From Escherichia coli (GTDB lineage: Bacteria; Pseudomonadota; Gammaproteobacteria; Enterobacterales; Enterobacteriaceae), in NCBI RefSeq assembly GCF_003334385.1, contig NZ_QOWN01000161.1: 598 nt of DNA, one strand, 5' to 3'. This document shows positions 1-598 of this stretch, piece after piece. A program made the translations under genes and the position numbers. The notes under the pieces were generated by a model. That model was not told the DNA's origin. It searched no databases and saw only the letters and a program-made list of their open reading frames with translations. The first letter of the stretch is position 1; every line of letters starts with the position of its first letter.

Positions 1-132
1 ATGTCAGACAAACTCATAACGCCGGCAAAGGTCCTGTGTGTGATTGTCGGTATTTCATTTTCACTAATGCTGGTTGCTCTTTTTCTGTCCCTCGCCTGGG
101 TGATGTTGTCTTCGTCGGGGCTGCTGGGGTGA
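1..132 (+). CDS. Small hydrophobic single-helix membrane peptide (43 aa if the ATG at 1 is the true start); function unknown; may be the 3' end of a longer gene that starts upstream of the window
   Basis: Frame 1 is open from 1 to the TGA at 130..132. Translation: MSDKLITPAKVLCVIVGISFSLMLVALFLSLAWVMLSSSGLLG. A short polar N-terminus is followed by about 26 uninterrupted hydrophobic residues. T falls at codon position 2 in this frame, as expected for a membrane helix, whereas the overlapping frame-3 reading gives a non-membrane-like CDCRYFIFTNAGCSF. Its stop overlaps the next candidate start (GTGA at 129..132). Absent from the ORF track, presumably for length. Confidence 0.4.
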   Translation: MSDKLITPAKVLCVIVGISFSLMLVALFLSLAWVMLSSSGLLG

Positions 133-251
133 CAGTGACTGATGACATCAGCAGAGCGCTGGCTTTTGCTATTAAGTGGGTGGCTGTTGGTATTGCTGTG
201 TCTCCGATGCTGTATGGGCTGGCAAAACTGGTCATTGCGCTGAAATCGTGA
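129..251 (+). CDS. Small membrane peptide (about 40 aa), paralogue of the downstream 263..349 micro-ORF; function unknown
   Basis: Frame 3. Translation from GTG 129: (M)TVTDDISRALAFAIKWVAVGIAVSPMLYGLAKLVIALKS, ending at TGA 249..251. The start is uncertain: GTG 129 (overlapping the upstream stop as GTGA) or GTG 135. The ORF track extends this frame back to GTG 36, but that extension overlaps the better frame-1 membrane helix. The core RALAFAIKWVAVGIAV aligns with [16 protein letters not shown] in the next ORF, with mostly synonymous or conservative codon differences. Confidence 0.5.
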   Translation: MTVTDDISRALAFAIKWVAVGIAVSPMLYGLAKLVIALKS

Positions 252-262
252 ACTTTAAAAAG

Positions 263-349
263 ATGAGTGCTGAACTTATTCGGGCAATGGCATTTGCCAT
301 TCGTATTGTGGCCATTGCTGTTCTGGTCTGGGCAATTCGTTGGTGGTGA
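263..349 (+). CDS. Micro-ORF encoding a 28-aa hydrophobic peptide, paralogue of 129..251; function unknown
   Basis: Frame 2, ATG 263 to TGA 347..349. Translation: [28 protein letters not shown]. One predicted helix with Arg residues and a C-terminal aromatic RWW. Protein-level similarity to 129..251 with silent nucleotide divergence. Its stop is 1 nt before the Rz ATG (TGA-T-ATG). Weakness: the sequence just upstream of the ATG is A-rich (AAAAAG) with no clear GGAGG-type Shine-Dalgarno. Confidence 0.45.
   Translation: MSAELIRAMAFAIRIVAIAVLVWAIRWW
341..345 (+). promoter_or_regulatory. Shine-Dalgarno-like ribosome-binding site for Rz
   Basis: GGTGG at 341..345, followed by a 5-nt spacer (TGATA) and the ATG at 351. 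It lies inside the 3' end of the upstream micro-ORF, consistent with translational coupling. Confidence 0.5.
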
Positions 350-350
350 T

Positions 351-598
351 ATGAACCGTGTTCTGTGTGTGGTGATTATTGTCATGCTGGTAGCCTGTGG
401 TGTGCTTAGTCTGGGGCTGAATCATTACCGTGATAACGCCATAACCTACAAAGAGCAGCGCGATAAAAAAGTCAGTGAGCTGGAGCAGGCAAATGCAACC
501 ATTACTGATATGCAGCAGCGCCAGCGTGATGTTGCTGCACTTGATGCCAGATACTCGAGGGAATTAGCCGATGCGAGAGCTGAAAATGAAACTCTGCG
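351..598 (+). CDS. Rz: Rz-type i-spanin (inner-membrane spanin subunit), lambda Rz family; 5' portion only, truncated by the window's 3' edge
   Basis: ATG at 351 opens a frame that stays open to the window end. Translation: [82 protein letters not shown]. This is an N-terminal hydrophobic signal-anchor followed by a charged, Q/A/R/D-rich helical region. From memory of lambda Rz (..[44 protein letters not shown]..), the [11 protein letters not shown] and [10 protein letters not shown] blocks are near-identical. A Shine-Dalgarno-like GGTGG sits at 341..345, 5 nt before the ATG. Confidence 0.9.
   Translation, partial: MNRVLCVVIIVMLVACGVLSLGLNHYRDNAITYKEQRDKKVSELEQANATITDMQQRQRDVAALDARYSRELADARAENETL
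557..560 (+). promoter_or_regulatory. Putative ribosome-binding site for the embedded Rz1 start
   Basis: GAGG at 557..560, about 10 nt upstream of the +1-frame ATG at 571, inside the Rz coding sequence. Confidence 0.35.
571..598 (+). CDS. Rz1: Rz1-type o-spanin (outer-membrane lipoprotein spanin subunit); only the first 9 codons are in the window, embedded in the +1 frame of Rz
   Basis: ATG at 571 is in the +1 frame relative to Rz and lies 220 nt into Rz, which matches my recollection of where lambda Rz1 begins inside Rz. Translation is MRELKMKLC..., compared with recalled lambda Rz1 MLKLKMMLC.... A second in-frame ATG at 586 is an alternative start. GAGG at 557..560 is a plausible ribosome-binding site. 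The lipobox and mature protein are beyond the window. Confidence 0.6.

Noticed and set aside
129-150. Closely spaced TGAC motifs and the small palindrome TGATGACATCA as a possible operator or programmed frameshift signal
   Set aside because: The repeats are short, no canonical slippery heptamer or downstream pseudoknot is evident, and the pattern can arise from Val-Thr-Val-Thr-Asp-Asp codons. Kept only as a caveat under the frameshifted-holin alternative.
36-251. 71-aa version of the frame-3 ORF starting at GTG 36, as listed in the track
   Set aside because: The first 31 codons overlap the frame-1 ORF, whose translation is a clean membrane helix, while the frame-3 reading there (CDCRYFIFTNAGCSFSVPRLGD...) has no such character. 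A start at GTG 129 or 135, coupled to the upstream stop, explains the conserved part of the peptide without the overlap.
176-349. Longer frame-2 ORF beginning at GTG 176 and running into the 263..349 micro-ORF
   Set aside because: The extension (VGGCWYCCVSDAVWAGKTGHCAEIVNFKK...) overlaps the conserved part of the 129..251 peptide in another frame and looks like an out-of-frame artefact. ATG 263 is kept as the start, although its ribosome-binding site is weak.
14-385. 123-aa minus-strand ORF from the supplied track ([11 protein letters not shown]...)
   Set aside because: It is antisense to four + strand genes, including the confidently identified Rz start. Its translation is low-complexity (Thr/Pro/Ser/His-rich), as expected when reading the complement of G/T-rich hydrophobic codons, and it shows no domain-like pattern. 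Most likely a shadow ORF.
511-539. Inverted repeat TGCAGCA ... TGCTGCA (7-bp stem, 15-nt loop) as a possible terminator or regulatory hairpin
   Set aside because: It lies inside the Rz coding sequence, has no downstream T-tract, and has a long loop. It is most simply explained by the repeated Gln/Ala codons (CAGCAG, GCTGCA) of the Rz coiled-coil region.
1-598. Non-coding RNA genes, CRISPR repeats, insertion-sequence ends or att-site repeats
   Set aside because: No repeat-spacer periodicity, no tRNA-like cloverleaf segments and no terminal inverted repeats were seen. The window is essentially fully coding on the + strand.

Overview
Best reading: this is a fragment of a phage or prophage late lysis region, all on the + strand. 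The clearest gene is the 5' part of a lambda-family Rz inner-membrane spanin (351..598, runs off the 3' edge). The start of its partner Rz1 outer-membrane lipoprotein spanin is embedded in the +1 frame at 571. The unusual part is upstream. Where lambdoid cassettes normally carry an endolysin directly 5' of Rz, this window has three tightly packed micro-ORFs (about 43, 40 and 28 aa) encoding hydrophobic single-helix peptides, each in a different frame. Two of them (129..251 and 263..349) are protein-level paralogues that differ mainly at synonymous codon positions, which argues they are real and under selection. The first (1..132) resembles the Rz N-terminal membrane anchor. Their function cannot be determined from sequence; candidates are holin/antiholin-like modulators, small membrane toxins, or remnants of a decayed holin. 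The supplied ORF track misses the Rz and Rz1 reading frames and the two shortest micro-ORFs; its two listed ORFs are judged to be an over-extended call (36..251) and an antisense shadow (14..385, minus strand). No RNA genes, CRISPR repeats or mobile-element ends were seen. All homology statements rest on recalled lambda Rz/Rz1 sequences, not a database search.
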